Source: Wallemia ichthyophaga EXF-994 (Eukaryota; Fungi; Basidiomycota). Taken from it: a DNA stretch of 248,000 nt. The notes beneath the pieces were generated by a model. It was not told the origin of the DNA. It did no database searches and saw nothing but the letters and a program-made list of their open reading frames with translations. Numbering within the stretch: the stretch's first letter is position 1; each line of letters starts with the position of its first letter. The translations under genes were made by a program, and so were the position numbers. Location: positions 20,001-268,000 of the forward strand of contig NW_008806283.1 of assembly GCF_000400465.1 (NCBI RefSeq). The letters run 5' to 3'. Below, piece after piece: positions 227,067-240,907 of the stretch.

Positions 227067-227920
227067 TATCACTATATCGTTACAATACCACCTGCATAAA
227101 TTTGTGTAGTATCATTAAATTGTCTCATATACCTGAATGTCTGGGTCTGTCGAGTGTTTGGGGTGTTTGAGGTGTTGGAAATTGTGAAAATCTTCATCCT
227201 TCACGCTTCATATTCGTAAGAAGTCTGTACAGCTTTGCAGTGCCCAGCTAGCAGCACTTTCAGGAGATTTGGACGTGTTGTAAGAGCTTAAAAGCGGTTT
227301 AATGCTCAACAGTAGCAAGTATCAACTCCATACAGACTACATACACACCACACAACTGAAATACTCAATCGCAATCAACGCAACCATCGCAATGCTCGTA
227401 CTCGTCGTCACTGCATACTTCGCAGAAGCAGCCCCACTGTCGATATTGTCGACCAACCGTCAGATGGAGTAGCGCGGCTATCACGGTATGAGGAATGTGA
227501 GTGGTGTCCTGGCTAACGATGCACGCAATTTTGACAAGAGTGACGGAAAGAAGGATGGCTACGTTGATCACAACAAGCTTCATCGGTAAGGGTAGGAAGG
227601 ATGATGTTGATGATGGGGCGGATGGCGGCAACAAAGCGAGGCCTGTGCCACAGAAGCAGCAGACCGATAGCAAGAAGGGCGGCAACGACGACGCCAAAAT
227701 GAGAAAAAACTGTATGTGAATGTCTTAGTTTGCGATGAGCGCTGCTAACATTTCACGCAGCGAAGCACGATAACAAGGACTACAAAACTCAAGGCAGCAA
227801 GAAGCGCGACTGATGTGAAGACTTTGACAGTCACTGCTCGCCAGTCACATCCTCAGCCACTCAAATCAAATATGCTCGCTCACATCCACACGATACATAG
227901 ACAATTAAACTTGATAATCA

Positions 227921-229219
227921 TCACTTATTCTCAATACATGTTTTCATAGCGTCGATAATGAGCTTCTTGGTGGGCAGTTCTGTCTTAGTGTGTGCGAAAG
228001 CGAGGAGGGGCAATTTTCTCAGGAATCTACCACTGACGTCCTTCTTCTTGCAGAGAACAGCGATAGTGTTGAGAGAAGTGTTGTCGTCGATGAGGAGGTT
228101 TTTCTCAAACAACTCAGCCAGACAACTGCCCAAGATGACTTCTATAGCTTTAGTGGAGGGGTTGCCGATATACTGCTGAATGTCAGCTCTATCAACAAAA
228201 GCGTCATCAATAGCAGCTGTGATGTTAGAGGTAGCTATGATGAGAACGTTTTTCCTTTGTTTAAGTTTGTCTATCTGGGTGAGCAGGGCGTTGACGACTC
228301 TGATAGCGTCACTAGGTTCGTTACCGTTGACCGCAGCTTGGCGGGCGCCCGTAAGCGACTCGACTTCATCGATGAGCAGGGTGACAAAGACAGCGTCGTC
228401 GTCGCACAGCCTGTTGATCATCTCGAACAGCGCGTGCACGAGTTTTCCCGACTCGGAGAACCACTTGGAGAAGAGGGAGTGGGCGTTGATCTCGACGAGT
228501 CGACCTGATACATAGAGCGTGTTGAGACGTATGCTCAGTTTATGCGCAAGGGCCTGCGCCAGACTCGTCTTGCCCGTACCAGGTGGACCGTGTAGCAGAA
228601 CTATCCGGTTCCACGCAATAACTCGCGGATCAATATCGTGTGCTGAGAAACGTAGCGTTGTGTTGATGTATTGCAGCAGATTGTGCTTGATCGCCTCGTC
228701 ATACACCAGCGTATCCCACAGCCCGTCTGTCGCAGTACTGGGCAAGTCAAGGACGGAAGCTGCTTTCTCGGTGGAGAGTTGGTCGTTGTCGTGCTCATGC
228801 TCATCGTCCTCGGTTAAGTGGTGCAGATCGAGTGCGGTATCGCTATAGAGCTGGTATGCGTGTGCTTGGAAGTGAGTGTGTGGGTTTGTGTGGGTGAGTG
228901 TGTGTGTATCGTCTGTGAACCTCACCAACTCAATCTGGGTGCGTAATTCGTTGTTTAAATGTTGCAATAAGTGGGTGGATAACTGGCTGGTATTTCCGCC
229001 GCTACTTGTATCAGTGAATTTGTGTACGCTCGGTATTTCCACAGCCACTTGAAACATTCCTAACCCGCGACAAACCGCATCAGCCGCCTCGGTGAAGTCT
229101 ACGTCAGCTTCTGGCGTAAGCTGCACCTCGACTGGAGTGAATATGGGAGTGAGTGTGCTATTAGACATTCTAAACAAACTCACCGTGGCACAAGTCCATG
229201 TTGGTAGTCGTCTTGGCAC
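227921..229219 (-). CDS. PCH2: AAA+ ATPase Pch2/TRIP13
   Basis: HGPPGTGKTSL, NAHSLFSKWFSESGK, DEVESL. Confidence 0.95.
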   Translation of the reverse strand: MPRRLPTWTCATVSLFRMSNSTLTPIFTPVEVQLTPEADVDFTEAADAVCRGLGMFQVAVEIPSVHKFTDTSSGGNTSQLSTHLLQHLNNELRTQIELVRFTDDTHTLTHTNPHTHFQAHAYQLYSDTALDLHHLTEDDEHEHDNDQLSTEKAASVLDLPSTATDGLWDTLVYDEAIKHNLLQYINTTLRFSAHDIDPRVIAWNRIVLLHGPPGTGKTSLAQALAHKLSIRLNTLYVSGRLVEINAHSLFSKWFSESGKLVHALFEMINRLCDDDAVFVTLLIDEVESLTGARQAAVNGNEPSDAIRVVNALLTQIDKLKQRKNVLIIATSNITAAIDDAFVDRADIQQYIGNPSTKAIEVILGSCLAELFEKNLLIDDNTSLNTIAVLCKKKDVSGRFLRKLPLLAFAHTKTELPTKKLIIDAMKTCIENK

Positions 229220-229600
229220 TCGAATTGGATGGTGACATCTTCTTCACAACCAGTGTAGGCAAATGTAGGCGAATGTCGGATGTTATAGACACTTATTTGA
229301 CATGTATTTGCGCGGGATTGTTTACAGGCCAAGCATTCTCACCACTGTGATGAAAATATAGTCACATAAACACATATTATCACATATTATCAAATATAGA
229401 CAGCTGAAAATTGGTATCAAACATCGAGTATAACGAGTAGTGTAGGTGGGCGAGTAATTATTTATCATCTTATTGATTTTTATTTAAGAATGTTAAAATA
229501 GATCAAACGTCATCACATCTGAAGGAGGGCTGGGTTATTCATACGTTGTTGAATCAGCGAATATCGCAGCACTCATCTCGAAACACTCAAAAAGTAGAAA

Positions 229601-230669
229601 AAATGACACTTAACCTACAAAATACATATCAAGGAGCTAGCTTCTTTGATAATTGGGTTTACAACTACTCAGCTATCGATAATACAACACAAGGGAATGT
229701 ACACTACCTCGACAAACCAAACGCAGAGAAGCAAAACTTGACCTATGTTAATGACGCAGGTAATGCTATTATGCGCGTCGACAACTTCACAGATGGCAGT
229801 GACGATCCCTCCTTCGGACGTAATAGCGTGAAGCTGGTCAGTAAAGATGCATTCGATATTGGAAGCATGGTGGTTATGGATGCATCACACCTCCCATACG
229901 GTGAAAGCGTGTGAGTGGGAGTTTTTATAGGAAATGTTTCAGTTTGCTAAAATGAGAAAAACAGCTGGGGAGCATTCTGGACACTAAACAATCTCTCAAA
230001 GCAAGATGACGACGGGGAGATTGATATCTTTGAAGGCGTTAATGGACAGGAGAGTAATAGGGTTGCGTTGCACACGCGCGAGGGATGCACCCAGTCTAAC
230101 ACCACTGACGTTGACTACACTGGCCAAGTAATGAGCACAGACTGTTACTACCGCAAGAATGGAAATGAAGGCTGCTCTTACGAATCAAAGGATAACAGGT
230201 CTTACGGTAAGCAGTTCGCGGATAATGACGGCGGTGTTATGGCTATGAGTTGGGATGGTAAGGGTATTCAAATGTGGTTTTGGAGCAGAGCAGAAATACC
230301 AGAAAGCATTAAGAACGACTACCAGATCCACATAATGGTGATTTAGGAAGTCCTATGGCGTATTATCCAGCTAGCAGCTGTAATCCAAGGGAATACTTCG
230401 AGGAACAGAATTTAGTGATGGATATTACACTCTGTGGACTTTGGGCGGGTGAGACGTATAACGCCAACCACGACGACAAGTGTGCATCATTAGTGCCAGA
230501 TCCATCAAACTACGATAACGCGTATTTCGAGATACGTAGCGTGAAGACGTTTAGTGGTGGAATTACAGAGGTGGAAGGCGCACAAGATGGGGGAAGCGAG
230601 GGAAATAAGAGTGGTATATCCCATCTACTCCTACTCGCGCTTTCTGGCTTGATTTATTTTGTATTTTAA
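229601..230669 (+). CDS. GH16 glucanase-like protein
   Basis: GEIDIFEG, GRNSVKL, MDITLCGLWAG. Confidence 0.88.
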
Positions 230670-230784
230670 AATAAATAACTAAATTCATTCTTGATTGGTC
230701 ACCGTCATCTAGTCTGTTACGCGTGAAATGGATTCCAATTGGAGATTTGCACAGTGCTTTGGGGATAAGGTGGGCATTATAAAA

Positions 230785-232212
230785 ATGCAAGTGGATCCAT
230801 GTTTATATTTCGCAGGGAGACGTGGAGGAAGTTACAGAGGGTTCGTTGTTGTAGGCGTACACACCGACACCGACTGATTCCCCTACAGCAGATATAATAT
230901 CCACAGTGGAATTCGACCAGACAGGCGACTACCTCGCAACGGGCGACAAGGGTGGCCGCGTTGTTCTCTTTGAAAGGAATGAATCTGTGGGTTGGGTGCT
231001 CTGGCATTCCAATCACTCTAATCGCTATATTCACAGAAAAAAGGCTGCGAGTACAAATTTCATACTGAATTTCAATCCCACGAACCAGAATTTGATTATT
231101 TGAAGTCTTTGGAGATTGAGGAGAAGATTAACAAGATTAACTGGTGCAAGAGGCAGAATAATAGCCACTTCCTCTTATCCACAAATGACAAAACTATCAA
231201 GCTTTGGAAGGTATTTGAAAAATCACTCAAGGTTGTCTCAGAGAACAACCTCAGCGCCAGTCACCCTTCCCCACCCTCGTCTCTCAATCTCCCAAAGATC
231301 ACGCAGCCTCCTCATCCATCCACCACCAAGTCCCTCAGGCTACCGAGAATGTCTCATCATGACACCATCGTCGCTGCTGTTCCCCGCAAAGTCTACGCTA
231401 ATGCACACGCTTATCATATAAACTCTATCGCAATAAACAGTGACGGGGAATCTTACTTATCCGCCGACGACCTCAGAATCAACCTATGGAACTTGGGTAT
231501 CTCTGATCAGTCTTTTAACATAGTCGACATCAAACCAAACAGCATGGAAGATTTAACTGAGGTTATAACTGCTGCTGACTTCCACCCGATCCACTGCAAT
231601 CTCTTCATGTACTCTTCTAGCAAGGGTACTATCAAATTGGCCGACATGAGAGATCAGGCTTTGTGCGACCGACATGCAAAGTTGTATGAGGAGGAAGAGG
231701 ATCCTTCAAACAAATCCTTCTTCTCAGAAATAATCTCTTCCATATCTGATGTCAAGTTTTCTAAAGATGGCAGGTATATTCTCTCTAGGGATTACCTTAC
231801 ACTAAAAATATGGGATCTCAAAATGGATAACAAGCCAGTCAAAACAATCAATATCCACGACCATCTCCGCACAAAGTTATGTGAACTTTACGAAAATGAT
231901 TGCATCTTCGACAAGTTTGAGTGTACATTCTCAGGCGACGGTAATCAAGTTATGACAGGCTCTTACGACAACTACTTCCACATCTATAACAGCGATCCTG
232001 ACAACACCAACGACGTAGTCTTACAAGCAGACAAGTCTGCATTCAAGGCAAAGAAAATAGGCGCAAAGTCGTTTAATAAGAAGGATGATATCAATCTCGA
232101 CAACATCGATTTCAACAAGAAGATTCTACACGGTTCTTGGCATCCACATGAAGATACTATCGCAATCGGCGCAACTAACAACCTATTCCTATTCTCTCGA
232201 TTGTCTAGTTAG
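230785..232212 (+). CDS. CDC55: PP2A regulatory subunit B55
   Basis: [34 protein letters not shown]. Confidence 0.97.
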
Positions 232213-232679
232213 CTGGGAGTGGATAGTGATCACAAATGTAACATTATACAATATAATGCACACGATTTCTTTATTAGTGAAAATTCATTATTTATAAAGT
232301 TTATATACATTATTGTACATGATTATACATGATTATACATGTCCGCCTCCTGATTACGTCTAATGCGACAGATTCACATAAACTTTGCCCAGTTGGCCAA
232401 ATACTATAGCTTTTCGATGTAAAAGGAATCCTACACGCTTTACCACTGAGCATAAAGGTGTAGCTGTCAAAAGCCATGGAAGTTAAGATGAGGCATGTTG
232501 TGCCTTTTTATAGGTGTAAAAATTTAAAATGGCAAAAATTCTTATGTGAGTGAAAGGGGAAATGATTTATTACGTAGGCAGAATTGGGACTCTGCTAAGC
232601 CCTTTCGTGACTTTTATACCTGGTATTGCACTCACAAATCCCCAATAACGACTTTTCCATTTCTTCCATCGATGACATC

Positions 232680-234438
232680 ATGCTGCAATCGCTGCAATCA
232701 GCGCTGAGGGGAGAAGACAAGATAAAGTGTTTCTTTTGCGGAGCAAGTGCACCACGGCGGGTAAATCACAGCAATACACCACACGCACACGCAATCTCAT
232801 TCACATGCGCCTCGTGCCACCAACACAACGCTTACGGGGAGGACGGGGAGGTCCAGGATGTATACGCGCCCGTGACAGCCGCCACGCAGCACCAGCTGCG
232901 CTACCGCGGTCGAGGGCGTGGTGTGACGGCGGATGCACACACACATGCGCACACAAACGGAGAGAGAGAGAGCGACAGCCCCCTCTGTCGTACGTGCACG
233001 ACTAACCAGACACTCGTGCACACTCTCCTCACTAACAACCAGGACGAGTGCGACGGCGATGCGCAGCTACAGCGGTATAGGCACGCGCTTGAGACCCGTT
233101 ATCCCCCGCTTTGCTCTCCTTGTAAGGCCATGGTCGATGAGATCATCCAACAGCGCGATTATAAGGCTAAATCGGCTGCTTTGGGTGGACTGCTCGCGCG
233201 TAGTCGCGGGAGTGGTAGTAGCGGTCGGAATAGCAATAACAATAGCAATAACAATAACAATAACAATAACAATAACAATAACAATAACAATAACAATAGC
233301 ACTAGCAATAACAATAGCCTCAAACACTCACGCTCCCACTCCCCCGTCGGACGTTACTCGTATCTTGTGTGGTGTCTGCGCGGTGCGGCGTGGGTGTTGA
233401 ACAATGCACTGTATTGGCGCTTGCACTGGTGTGCTTATAAGCACTGGTATGTGTGTGGGTATGGACATGCACAAGATACACTACCGCTCTCACTCCCCCT
233501 CACTCACCCCCTCGCTATCCCACTCACGCTACTGTTCGCGTGCTGGGACCCGTCGTGGGGGCGAGCGCAGAAGCGGCGACGGCGCAGCGGGTGGGTCGTA
233601 GTGCGTGGGCGGGCGATGTGGATACGCGTGCAGCTGCTCGTCTGGCTCGAGCGGGCATGTCTAGTGCTCGCACTGGCGCTGGGCCTGCAGGTTAGGAGTG
233701 AGAGTGGGGTGTCACAAGTATCGCTCAGGCAAACTAAACACCTCACTCTCCCTTTCGCCCCACTCACCCTGCTACTTTTCGAAGTCGTCGTCCAGGCTTT
233801 CGCCCTCTCGCGTATCAGCGTCGTCGGGATGCGCCAACTTAACCTGTCGTCGACGGTTGGGCGGGGAGGGAGTGAATATGCTGGAGTGGCTGCAAGCAGT
233901 ACAAAAGATACTCCGTCTACTCAGCCTACAGACGCAGCAGCAGCAGCAGATAATCTCCACCATGCCCTCACCTTGGGCAACTTGGGCACCGCGGATATGG
234001 ACACGCTCAAGTCGCAGAAGTTGCCTGTGTTTGTGGGTCATGCGCTATATTGGTGTAGCTCACCTCAATAACTTTCATTAGGGCGAGGCATCACTCCGGC
234101 CGAGGGATGAGCGTGGAGAAGGGGAAACAGAGGGAAAACAAGATAAAACAATGGATAATGATGAAATGGAATGGATACCCGAAATAGAAAGCACTAGAGA
234201 GAGTCGTCAGCACCCTCGTTATAATCACGCGCTCAAACCACAGCGGTTCTTTGCACCACAGGATAAACAGCGCACGGGATTGGAAGGGCCATTGAGTAGT
234301 GTGAGCCTGGGTGGTATGAGTGATGTTAACAGGGGTGCTGATAGGGAGAAGAACGGGATGAAGATGGGAGTCGTGGTGGGCGTGTTGTTTGGTATAATAC
234401 TGGTACTACTCGCAGCTGTGTTTGCTTATAGTAAATAA
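232680..234438 (+). CDS. IMA1: Inner nuclear membrane protein Ima1-like
   Basis: CFFC..CASC..CRTCTTNQ, RYPPLCSPC. Confidence 0.8.
233232..233312 (+). repeat. (AACAAT)n microsatellite encoding polyN
   Basis: Read directly. Confidence 0.9.
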
Positions 234439-234966
234439 TAAATGAATTAATTTTTTCTTTTAAATTTTCACAGGTATAAATAACACGCGTCTGACATCTG
234501 AACAACTTGATCAAAAACCATCGATGGACATTATGCCACGATTATTGGGATCAAAGGTTTCCCGGTAATTGCCACGTCCGTTCGTAGATAAACAACCAAC
234601 TTTAAAAGAATCGTGCAGCTGCGTGTCCTTTGGCATGAGTAGGTGTGTGAGCCGAGAGTTGGTGACATTAAAATACTTGAAAGAAGCTTCAAATATGCTA
234701 GGGTAAGTGCATTGCATTCTCCTTTGATGCCCAGCACATGAAGTAATATTGTGATGACAAGAATAAAAAAAACTGATTTAATGAATGCGAGTAATTTAAT
234801 ACTTTGAGCTCAATAATTCTACGTCTGATAATTATTTAATGGCTGGGCAGGAGATAGACAAAGAGATTTATCTGACTTGGGTTGCAGATGTAGAGCTTAT
234901 AAAAGACGAAAATTTTGTAAAGATAGATATTACTATGATATACAGACATCTTGATAACTACCACGA

Positions 234967-237603
234967 ATGTCCCGCCCATGGCCTCATTTACCTGTGAAAT
235001 TAGAAGCCAAGGAGGAGCCGGTGGAAAGCGCAGTTGTGGAAGAGAATGTTAACGCAGGACAGAACACAGGCACAGATTGTGAACTATGGCCACAAAACTC
235101 AACACAATCGACTAAACAAGCCATTGAGCAGAAATTAAGGGAAAGAATGGTTAAGGAGAATAAACTTATTTCACATACCCTTAGACGTCCTGATGGTATC
235201 GCTGTGGATTGGAGATATAAACAGATGGCTTTCGGTGACGGTGGTGTCATTGATTTGAGTGGCGGTGATAGCGGTGAAGAGCAGTCAATTGAGCAGCCAA
235301 TTGAACAGCCAATTGAACAGCCAATTGAACAAACAGTTGAGCAACCAACAGAGCAATCAACAGAGCAATCAACAGATCAGCCACACACTCTCACACCCAC
235401 TCAGCTCTCCCCTCACCAAGTTCACCAGGTCACTCAAGCTATCAAATACGCACAATTGCCAAATCTATCCACTAGTAACGATGATCACGTTTACAATAAT
235501 CCTAATCATAGTGTAATTGGCCCTGAAAACACTTCAAACACCGCTAGCACTTCATTTCCCACCTCACCAACTTACCCATCGAATCCAGCTAACTTTAGAC
235601 ATTCCACTTTCCAATCGGGTGAATTGGATCGTTCAAGCAGCTCTAATAATACCAACTACCGCAACAACTCCAACAACTCCCCTCAACAAAACCACACGCC
235701 TTTCCTCCCACAGCGTCCAGAGCTGCCAATCCACACTCGCCGCGCGGCGAAACCGATCAAAGTACCAACGAATCCCACTCCTCGGGCAAATAGCTATGCA
235801 GGGAATGGGAATACCAAGACAAACAGAAACACACACCCTGCACCTGCTGAACCTGCTGCACTTGCTCACAGACAGCCCTACACTGCCTTACCTCCTATCG
235901 CACCCAAGGGTCTAACCATTAATAGACAACCGCGCAGCCCCTCACCCCCTCTACCCAACGAAACTCCTTCGAAGCAATACGAGCTGCATATGATGGATAA
236001 AAGTAGGCGCGAAAACAACCATCTGCACAGCTTTCGCTCTGATAGGCAGAAAGAGTCACTCGATAGGACACACGATCAGCGCAAACGTATGCAGGATAGG
236101 GTTTGCGAGAAGGATAGGGAGAAAGACAAGGAGAAAGACAAGGAGAGATACAGATTGATTTACCGCGACAGAGAAAGAGAGATTGAGAGGGAAAGAGAAC
236201 GCGACCGCGAGAAGAGAGACAAAGATCGCCATCTTGAACTAAAGAGAGTCAAAGAGAGAGAAGAATCGACACTGCGCAAAGAGGCGGAACTCGACAGGCT
236301 CCAGGCAGAAATGCGCAAGCGGATGCAAGAGAGGGAGGAGGAAGACAAGAAGCGGCGAGAGGAAGACAAAAAGCAACAGGAAGAGAATAGAAAAAGGGAG
236401 GAGGAGGAGAAAAGCCTACTGGAGCGGGTAAAGAATGACGCGATTAAGGCGGCGACAGCAGCACCAGTAACAACAGCAACGACAACAGTACCAACAACTA
236501 AACCAAAAAGTGCACCTGAAAGAATGCCCGAACGGGTACCAGAAAGAGAGCATTCCCTGAGCGCTTCAAGTGACGCAGACTCAGAACTTAATACTTCCAG
236601 CATAGAAGAGTACAACAGGATAGATCTCAGTCAACTCGAAAAGATACCGACCAATCAACCACAGTTAGTGGTTCATTTAGGTAAAATAGCTGTGGGTGTG
236701 TCGACAATATAATCCTAGCCAACTCAACTGATTAACAGGGTATAATGAATAGTTTGAGTACAATGAAGATACCACTACCGCCCACATTTTACGACACAGT
236801 GAGACGAGTGGGAGTGATTGACAGCCACACGGAAAAGGCGTGGCGTGAGCTTGTTTATGGGAGCAAAGAGGAGTATGAAAGCATAGATTTCAACCAACTC
236901 GAACAGATACCACGGGATAAAGCGCAGTTAGTGACAAGACTGGCTAAAATAGCAGTGAGTGGGGGTAAAACGAACATGGTCACGCAGCACACCAACTAAT
237001 CGCACTCGACAGGGTCATATAGATTACTTGGGACATATGCAACCACCCTACCCGGATGACCTAACCGATACGGTGAGACGGGTGGGAGTGATTGACTCGC
237101 ACACCGAGAAGGCGTTGCGAGATTGCGGCGTTGCTCGTAGGAGCACCAGCAGGGGCGATAGCAGACGTAGCACGTCGGTTGTCCCCATTCCCAGCGTGTC
237201 GAAGAGCAGCAAGAGCAAGAAGCGCACGAGTGACGAACGCGAGCGGAAGAAGGAGAGGAAGAAGGAGAAGGAGAAAGACAGGGAAAGAGAGGAGCGCGAG
237301 GAAAAAGAGAAGGAGAAAGACGATAAAGACAAAGAAGACATTCAACCACCACCCAAGAAAAAGAAGCGGAAGAGTGAAAGTGACAGGGCAAGCAGCAGCT
237401 CACGCAAAAACAAGGGATATGGGCTGGAAGCCATGAGCCAACAGTCCAAGGACAAGGACAAGGAGAAAACGCGCCAAGCGACGCCTGAAGAGCTCGACAT
237501 TAACGCTCTCAATAAGGGTATCAGTGGGAAAGCGCAGGGGGAGATCAACGAAGATGGTGACGATTGCCTGAGGCCGTTGATAGACAAAAAGCGTCGTCGT
237601 TAG
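234967..237603 (+). CDS. Hypothetical charged low-complexity protein
   Basis: Consecutive plus-strand ORFs, duplicated TVRRVGVIDSHTEKA segment. Confidence 0.5.
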
Positions 237604-237647
237604 TGAAAAATAGAGGAAAAAAAAGTTGTAACAGTACATGCATTAAT

Positions 237648-238325
237648 TTATCGAGTACAAGTAGATGTCGTGGTGGAGGGATCGCGTGTCATTCTGAGAT
237701 AAGGTTTTTTATAATCCAAATTCCCAAATGACTTTTCGGCGTCGTCGTTGGTGAGTGATGGGTGAACGATGACGCTATCGCCCTTGTTCCAATTAGCGGG
237801 GGTAGTGACGCGATAATTATCACCCAGCTGGAGACTGTCAATTGCCCTGAGTATCTCAGACCAGTTCCTGCCAGTGCTAGCCGGGTAGGTGAGCATCATT
237901 CTAATCGTCTGAGTGGGATCGATGACGAAGACTGAGCGCACTGTGAGTGGAGCACCGTGAGTGTCTACATTAGTAACATCTAGTTGGTCGAGCATATCGT
238001 ACAATCCCGCCACGTTTCTCTGCGCATCTGAGATTATCGGGAAGGGTACTTGTGTATCGTATAGCTCGTTTATGTCTCCAATCCAGCCGTGATGGGAGGC
238101 GAGGTCGTTGATGGACAAACCCAGCAATTTAACGCGTCTATCGGTGAACTCTGTGGCTATTTTAGACAAAGCACCTATTTCTGTCGTGCACACTGGCGTA
238201 TAATCGTCTGGATGGCTGAAGAGCATTGTCCAGCTGTTGCCGATGTACTCGTGCAGGTGGATACGTCCGTGGGTAGTGTCGGCTGTGAAATCGGGTGCTT
238301 TGCTGCCGAGATGGAGAGAAGGCAT
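237648..238325 (-). CDS. PRX1: 1-Cys peroxiredoxin
   Basis: FSHPDDYTPVCTTE, TGRNWSEILR. Confidence 0.95.
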   Translation of the reverse strand: MPSLHLGSKAPDFTADTTHGRIHLHEYIGNSWTMLFSHPDDYTPVCTTEIGALSKIATEFTDRRVKLLGLSINDLASHHGWIGDINELYDTQVPFPIISDAQRNVAGLYDMLDQLDVTNVDTHGAPLTVRSVFVIDPTQTIRMMLTYPASTGRNWSEILRAIDSLQLGDNYRVTTPANWNKGDSVIVHPSLTNDDAEKSFGNLDYKKPYLRMTRDPSTTTSTCTR

Positions 238326-238374
238326 CGTGGTGGTTGTGGTTGTTGTGGTGGTGTCTTCTTACTCGGAAACGATC

Positions 238375-238986
238375 ATGATGCTGGGAGGATTGCGAGGATT
238401 GCGGGGAGTGGCTGGTCATGCTACACCTCCCGCGCGCAGCAGAGCGTTCATCACGCTCCCCGATTTCTCCAGCACTAGCCCGCCAGCGACATACACCGAG
238501 GAGAGGCTATTGCCGTATGCGCAGCGTGATTTATGGAGGATGGTGGCGGATGTTGGCAGGTACAGCAAGTTTGTGCCGCACTGCACGCATTCCCGTGTCT
238601 TGGGTAGCGGGGAGCGGGAGCGGGAGCGGGAGTGGAAGCAGAACCAGGAACAAGACGCAAAACTCAGCACCACCACCACCGTCGAAGCAGAACTGGGCGT
238701 CGGGTTCAAGGGTTTCGAAGAGAGGTACACGAGTGTAGTGACGCTGCAGCCGTTCCACACCGTCACCGCTAGAGCTAGCTCTCAGACACCGCTGTTCAAG
238801 TCGCTCGAAACGCGCTATCGATTCACGCAGCACTCGCATACACACACCCTCCTGGCTATTGAGCTCGAATACGCCTTCAGTAACCCCCTCTACGCGGCGC
238901 TGTCATCCACCTTCTTCGACGGCGTCAGCCACGCGATGGTGAATGCGTTCGAGGAGAGGGCGCGTGTGGTTTGTGGAAGGGTGTAG
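238375..238986 (+). CDS. COQ10: Coenzyme Q-binding protein Coq10
   Basis: VADVGRYSKFVPHC, VGFKGFEERYTS, AFEERA. Confidence 0.9.
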   Translation: MMLGGLRGLRGVAGHATPPARSRAFITLPDFSSTSPPATYTEERLLPYAQRDLWRMVADVGRYSKFVPHCTHSRVLGSGEREREREWKQNQEQDAKLSTTTTVEAELGVGFKGFEERYTSVVTLQPFHTVTARASSQTPLFKSLETRYRFTQHSHTHTLLAIELEYAFSNPLYAALSSTFFDGVSHAMVNAFEERARVVCGRV

Positions 238987-239105
238987 TGTGAGAGTGGATA
239001 GGAGAGTCATGTAAACAATGTAATGCATGCCACGCACTCATATTCATATTCATACTCATACTCACAATCCCTTCAAAATCCCTTCAAAATCCCTTCAAAA
239101 TGCCT

Positions 239106-240884
239106 TCAAAATGCCTTCAAAATCCGCTCAAATTCATCAAGATATTCGCGCACACACTCATCACCCCACTGCACACCATCCTTACCAAGACTAACGGTAA
239201 GTTGGCCACCGAGGGAGAAAGTCTCTAGGAGGAGTTCGTTAGAGCGGCAGCGGACGCCAAGTAGGGCAGATCGTGAGGGAGATTGATCGAGCATGATGAC
239301 GCCATCTGTAGCCTGGTATAGCTGCTTAACATTCATAACACCCAGCATCGACGCGTTGATAGCAGTCCCTTTACCTCGCTGTGAATGCTGTGTCTCGTCA
239401 CCCTTCTCTTTCACCGCCTTCCACCCATCACCCCCCTGTGCAAAATGAGCAGCGCGGGAGAGCGCCATGGTGTGTGCATCTTGTAAAAGAGTTGGGGATG
239501 TGAGTAGATTGACAAACTGGGTTTGAGCGGTTTGCGCGCGGTGTGCGAAACGCCTTTTAAAGGTGGGTGAATCACTTGTGCACGGCGTAGACGGTAGCTG
239601 TATCCCACCGAAACCGAGCTGGACAGATACGTTGCTCGTCGTCGCTGTGCGTCTTTGTAGATAGGGCCGCAACGAGAAGGGGAAGCCTACGAGACATGTG
239701 TCGCCCGTGTGCTGCTGCTTGTGCCGGTGGTTCACATTCGCAATAGCCATCGAGGTCGCTGCAAAGAGGAGTGGTCCTGGTGTGTGTTAGCAGGTACATA
239801 GCACTCACACTGACAGGTGAGAGGTGAGACATGTAGCATTTCACGTTGGCCACAATCATTTGTCTTCACCATCAAATTTCTCCCTGCACCCACCTATCTT
239901 TACTGCACACGCCTTGGCGAAGCGCACCACGGCGTCCGTCTGCTCGCGTGAGAGGGAGAAGTGCATCCAATCGGTCAGAGCACCCCAGGGAGGCTGAAGA
240001 GATTGTTGCTGTTGAGGAGAGTATCCACCGACGAACTCAAGGGTAGTGAGTCGATCCAACTTGTCGCTCCGCACCTGACTCACCACCCGCCTAATAGCCC
240101 AGTACCATCTGAGGCGGGGGAGGGGAGTTGTGCGTTTGGGTGCGTAGTTAGGCAGCGGCGGATAGCCCACTTCCGTCGCATCAGGGAGGGCAGATAGAAT
240201 GTCTTCCTTTGTGACCTTGAGCGGGGTGAGATCGCCGACGGTGTGGATGTGGGGAGTGAAAGAGTGAAAATTTTCCAATGTCGGGAGGTCGGCGCGAACA
240301 TTGCACTCGTCGAGAAGATCACTCGTGAGGAGACGGAGGAAGTCGTGCATGAGGCTGACGACGGAGGTGCCGTCAGAGATAGAGTGTGCAGTTGCGATTA
240401 CGAGGTCTACGTTGTTAGTGAGGGTGTTGTGGAAGATAAACAACCTGGCGAGGTGAGCGTGGTCGAGGTAACGTCTAGGGCCGTTCCAGAGGTAGTTGCG
240501 CATCCAAGTATCAACGTCAACGTCATGTTGATAAATGAGGGAGTGAGAGGAGTGAATCAGGGTGGTAAGAGGATCGCTGGAGAGATTGTCTGTGTTTAAG
240601 ACGAAGTGCAAATTTTCACCTTCCTGCACAGTGAGACTTAGGGAAGGATGAAGCTGGTGAAGTTTTGACCAGGCGGGCAGAGCGTTAAATAGAATGTCAG
240701 GGTTTGATAAAGACATGGGTAATTTAAAGAAGATATCAGTTCTGCCTTGGTGGAGCGTCGACATTTTATGAAAGAACATTTCAACGAGACCGAGTTTGCG
240801 GTGGACAGTGCAATCGCTACGGGTGTCCCAGTGTAATTGAGAGTCTTGCAAATGGGCCAAAGTGAATAAATCCGACTTGTTCAT
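239106..240884 (-). CDS. Condensation/acyltransferase-fold hypothetical protein
   Basis: HSISDG (HxxxDG) motif. Confidence 0.55.
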
Positions 240885-240907
240885 TGTAAGTTATCAAGGT
240901 TACTTGA